64,000 nucleotides of DNA from Zootoca vivipara (Eukaryota). The DNA is taken from assembly GCF_963506605.1 (NCBI RefSeq), contig NC_083276.1, forward strand, positions 70,990,001-71,054,000. Direction: 5' to 3'. The position numbers and the translations under genes are program-made. The notes under the pieces were generated by a model. That model was given only the letters and a program-made list of their open reading frames with translations, made no database searches and was not told the DNA's origin. The stretch's first letter is position 1. Each line of letters begins with the position of its first letter. Of the stretch, positions 42,530-64,000 are shown in pieces.

Positions 42530-45500
42530 TTTATTCCAGAATAGTGTTTAATGTAATTGTAGGACAGTTATGGAGTCACATTTAACCCACACATTATGGG
42601 TTAGGATACTGATAGAAATACTGTACTGTACATCCTTATTAGCTATCAGTGTAATATAACTGAAGTATTTGGTTCTTACAGATAAATTGACAATTCAAGG
42701 CAAACTTCTACATTTGCTCCCAATGCATTTCATTATCTACGAACCTTTGCCATACTTTTTTTTAGTCACAGTATGAGAGTACAAAGCACAGAAGGAAATT
42801 AGATTCCTATGGATTGTGAGAATGGTGCTATATTGCCTGAATAGTTTTCCTCCATGAAACATACATAGGCTACAATCTAAAACAAACAGACTTAAGCCCA
42901 TTGGTGTAAATGAGCTTAAGCATACATAACTCTGCATTATACTGTGCCCCTAACTCGTCAAATACCAGAAATAATATTTTGTTCAATTTGAAAGCTGCAC
43001 TGTATAGTATTCTAGAAAGAGCAATCAGGTTTTTAAGGCAAGATACTAAGATTTCTGCACCATTTTAATTTTAAAAATAGAGAAATATCAAAGATCTCTC
43101 AAGCTTTCATATATATGTATAGATCATAAAAAAGCAGTAATATTTTTTTAAAAAATCAGTGCAAAGTCATAACCAGGTTATATAGTACAGAAAAAGTGGA
43201 GGTCATTTTTCTTACAGCAAGATGTTTTCCTCAAAAGTACATAGACACAATTTTCTTTCTAGCTGCAGTCCATACATGTTGCATAAGATTTTCTTTGATT
43301 AACAATGTATAAAATGACATTAAGACCACATTTTAAAAACACGAAAGTGTTAAATGTTAACCCAATTATTCCCTCCTCCCCTTTTGTGTATACCAAACTA
43401 AGATAATCATCTGTTGTGTATCACACCACTATAAATAATTCAAGAGATGCAAAATTAATGTTGTTCCTCTACAGTTTTTAATGGTAAATGAAGAACAGTT
43501 TAAGAATCTACCAACGTGTACTTTATTTTGAAAAGTGGTGAAGGTGGGAAAGGCACAGGCATGGACAAACACTGGCAAATGCTACCATAAGATAGCATAC
43601 ATATTCTAACCAGCATCCAGCCAAGAGTCTTTTTAACGTCTCATTTTGTGCTGTAACATACTGTGCTCTAGTAGCAGACTGCAAAAAAGCAGTACATATT
43701 GCTTCCAGTAATTTAATGGAACGTTTCACAAAAACAGTAGTCTACTTTCCTGTCTGGTTGTGGTTCTATTGATGAAATGGAATGCATCTCAAAAAGCATC
43801 AAGTGAGCAGGAAATACAATCTAGTTAGTTTATTCTATTTACTATGTAGGTTACTATTTACATACTGAACTCAAAGCTAATAAAACCAGGACTTTTTAAA
43901 CCTCAAGTAGCGTTTGTTAGCCATAATGTAATTTTGACACAGAGAAATATTCCAAGGTTTTATTGTACAATTGGACCACAAATATTTCAGGCAGCAAAAT
44001 GATATTCCCATTTCTCCCCTGCACTTTTTAATATTAGGTCTGAAAATGGAGACCTCATTATGCTTTAGGGTAAATAAATTAGATCACATTTTAGTTCAGT
44101 TGCCCGGCAATAAAGATTGTCATTGTCTGCTTTATCCTCATTTATCATTGCATAATTTTGCTTTAAGCTCATTATTATGGACAGTTGAGAGATCAGCTTT
44201 ATTCAGAAGTATTTGGGCTTTAGCTTTAAATGTATCAGGTGATATCCAACTAGGTCATGCTCAAGGTGGACCCAATCAAATTAATGGACTTAAAGTATGA
44301 GTCCATTGATTTCACTGGGCATACTCAAAGTATGACGAATGTTGGATATTGGCCATGGTGCAATCTAAACACTGCCTACATCTTTGTTTTACCAGTTAGT
44401 AAATTTTATTTATAGCAACCTATCCCTAAGTAGCACACAAATGTAGAAAACTAGAATACAATTAAAATCAGTGGATTCAGAGTGCAATCCACTAAAAGGT
44501 GGCGGAGAGCATCTTCCACACATTTCAGCAAGTCAATTTCTACTGGAGTGAATAAGGTGCTTGGATTACTCTTTTAGTGCTCATAGACTGAAAAACTGTT
44601 ATTGTGCCCAATCACATCACCCAAAGTTTCTAGTGCAACTTATTCTCAACCGGCACCTGATACTATGCTCTTCTGCTCTTTAAAGTGACCTGGAAACGGA
44701 ATTCCAAATCCCTACCAAATAATGCATAACCCACAACATTTATCTGGAAATATATGTGCTATGCAGCAAACCATGGCATAAAATAGCTTCAATGTACATC
44801 TTAATGTGGCAGTTTATCAAGGTATAACTTAAGGGAGCACAAAAATGATCAAAGTCAACTGGATAAGCATTTAACATTTTGGTGCCATCTGTGTTTGACT
44901 TAAGGAAGCTGAATAAACTTAAAAGGGGGAGGAATGTTAAATGAAGTATTTATATAGCAAGCCATGTGAGCAAACATTCATTCTTTTTTTTAAAAAAAAA
45001 AAAAAAGCTGGATAAAAAAGTGTTTTAGAAACAACTATCAGAAATGAGATATAAGAAGCAGCTGAATGACAAAATAAGGCACCATAGTTTACTACTTCCA
45101 TTACTGCCACTCATTCTGATAAAAGCCTCAAAGAGATTTAATGAGTCCAAATGCTCACTAAGGAGTATCTCCAGCTGTCTGTTTAAATCTCCCTTTTGAC
45201 AGTTTGTGCAGCCACTAACTCTTTTCTGACAAGGAGCAATCTTTTTTTACTTTGATATTTTTTGACATGGTATTGTGTCTGATAACAGCAGCATAAAGCA
45301 AGCTTCCAATATATCAACAGGCAAGCAATTCAAATGTGACTGAATCTAATCTACTTTTTTTAATAAAAAAAACACCCCTTAGATTTATTTGGAACATCTA
45401 GTCAAGGTTTATAACTTCATTATCCACAGATATTAAATTTATACAATTCATTTACAGCAATGCTTGGATATTATTACAGTAAAAGCAAGAAGCAGAGCTG

Positions 45501-45677
45501 GTTTTCCAGAAGTCCTGTTTAAACTTTGTGAAGGCTGGTCCAACAGCAATCTGCCAAATTGCCATGTTTTGTGTTAAAGTGTTTGAGTTATCTTCAAGTA
45601 GGAAAAAGTGACCAAATATAGGTGAAGTCGAGTTTATTCAATTCTGTTCTAATTTTCACCTCTCTCAGATGCCAGGT
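42530..45677 (-). other. Putative long PIK3C2A 3'UTR with candidate poly(A) signals (43959-43964, 43522-43527, 42530-42535)
   Basis: AT-rich, TE-poor stretch after the stop; several AATAAA on the minus strand; true end not determinable. Confidence 0.5.
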
Positions 45678-62898
<17,221 letters not shown>

Positions 62899-63289
62899 CT
62901 GAAAAATTAAGAAAGTAAAATTATTATTGAAGCAAATTATGAAATGGCAACTCAGAGAACTTCTTCTACGTCCCAATTATGACCTCATTTCCAGCACCCA
63001 CTTTTCCCCCTCTTTCCCCTCACAATAAAATAACAAAACATCAATGACCAAAGCCACAGACCATAAATATCAAAAAGAACATTTAGTGTGAAGTGTTCTC
63101 ACAAATAATACATATGATAAAGTTTCCATGTGACGTTTGTCATTGCAAAATGTGACTTACAATATATAAACAAATATATACATTAAAACTGGCATAAACG
63201 GGGGGGGGGGTTTCAAAGACGAACTTAAAGACTGGATTAAAATGTCCCACCCACTCAAGGACACCACAGCAGGGTCTGGATCCATTGAT

Positions 63290-63425
63290 ATGGGAAGAGG
63301 CAATCCTTGAGGTATTGTAGTCCTGAGCTGCATAAGGCTCTGTAAGCCAAAACCAGCACTTTGAATTAGACCTGGAAACTAATTGGCAGCCAGTGCAGTC
63401 AGGCCAGGATTGGTGTTATGTGCCC
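63290..63425 (-). mobile_element. L2-clade LINE fragment
   Basis: Minus strand HITPILA*LHWLPISFQV*FKVLVLAYRAL. Confidence 0.7.
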
Positions 63426-64000
63426 AGACAATTAAAAATAGCTTTACTGTGATGTGCAAAGCGGACCTTAGAGTAGAATGCAAAACCGACCAAATGAAGC
63501 TACAAGTGGAGAAGCCCATTTTAAAATGTTCCCTAGAAGTTATTACAAGTAACTAAAGTATGAGGAAGAGAGGTTCTAACTTTCTGTTAATCATGGGTTT
63601 TTTTGGTTTTTGGTTTTTTTTTTACATAGGGACACATTAAAAAGTATTATGGCTGCCAGCAGTTTGAAGTACTACAGTCTGCCTCTACTACACCATCTCA
63701 TTACATTGTATGTGTAGGCCAGACATCATGCATCACACTTTTGGATACAAAGGTCCATACAAGGATCTATGTATATTTTTGCAGTTAGAGCATACTGAGA
63801 AAGTGATCCTTGCAATCATTTCCCAGCATGCTTACCAGGATGAAAAAATGGTCTGTTAAGCTGCATTAAAGACTCGCCTTTGCACAAAAAATAAAGGGCT
63901 GTGCATATAAGAATTTGTAATGTGCAAACCCCTCAGAAAGAGTTAAGTCTAAACCCTCACAGGCAAACTATGTCACAGAAGTTTTCATATTTCTTCATCA

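Overview
Vertebrate (squamate, very likely lacertid lizard, judged from Sauria/Squam-type SINEs) genomic DNA from a draft assembly, with one 142-N gap. The right half carries two minus-strand genes in the order I recall from human 11p15: the last 19 coding exons of PIK3C2A (45678-62898; helical, kinase, PX and C2 domains; 5' part lies beyond the window) and the complete 6-exon RPS13 gene (CDS 35929-40210) with a CpG-island/5'TOP promoter. RPS13 intron 5 holds a SNORD14 (U14) copy with a damaged box C, and intron 3 holds a probable U14 fossil. In the left ~35 kb I found no gene; it is rich in TEs (Sauria SINEs, hAT and Tigger-like MITEs, L2/CR1 fragments, and a 2.35-kb non-autonomous L1 derivative with an 18-bp TSD). 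Main oddities: (1) a 4x86-bp ABAB tandem repeat that quadruplicates a PIK3C2A kinase-exon splice acceptor, where every upstream copy leads to a stop codon; (2) an intact minimal hammerhead-ribozyme motif in a Penelope-like fragment about 0.9 kb upstream of the RPS13 TSS, in the divergent-transcript orientation; (3) apparent decay of both RPS13-hosted U14 copies; (4) a Helitron with a CTCF-like motif forming 85% of a PIK3C2A intron; (5) a nested CpG-rich palindrome at 19.2-19.4 kb. All homology calls come from recalled sequence knowledge; no searches were run.
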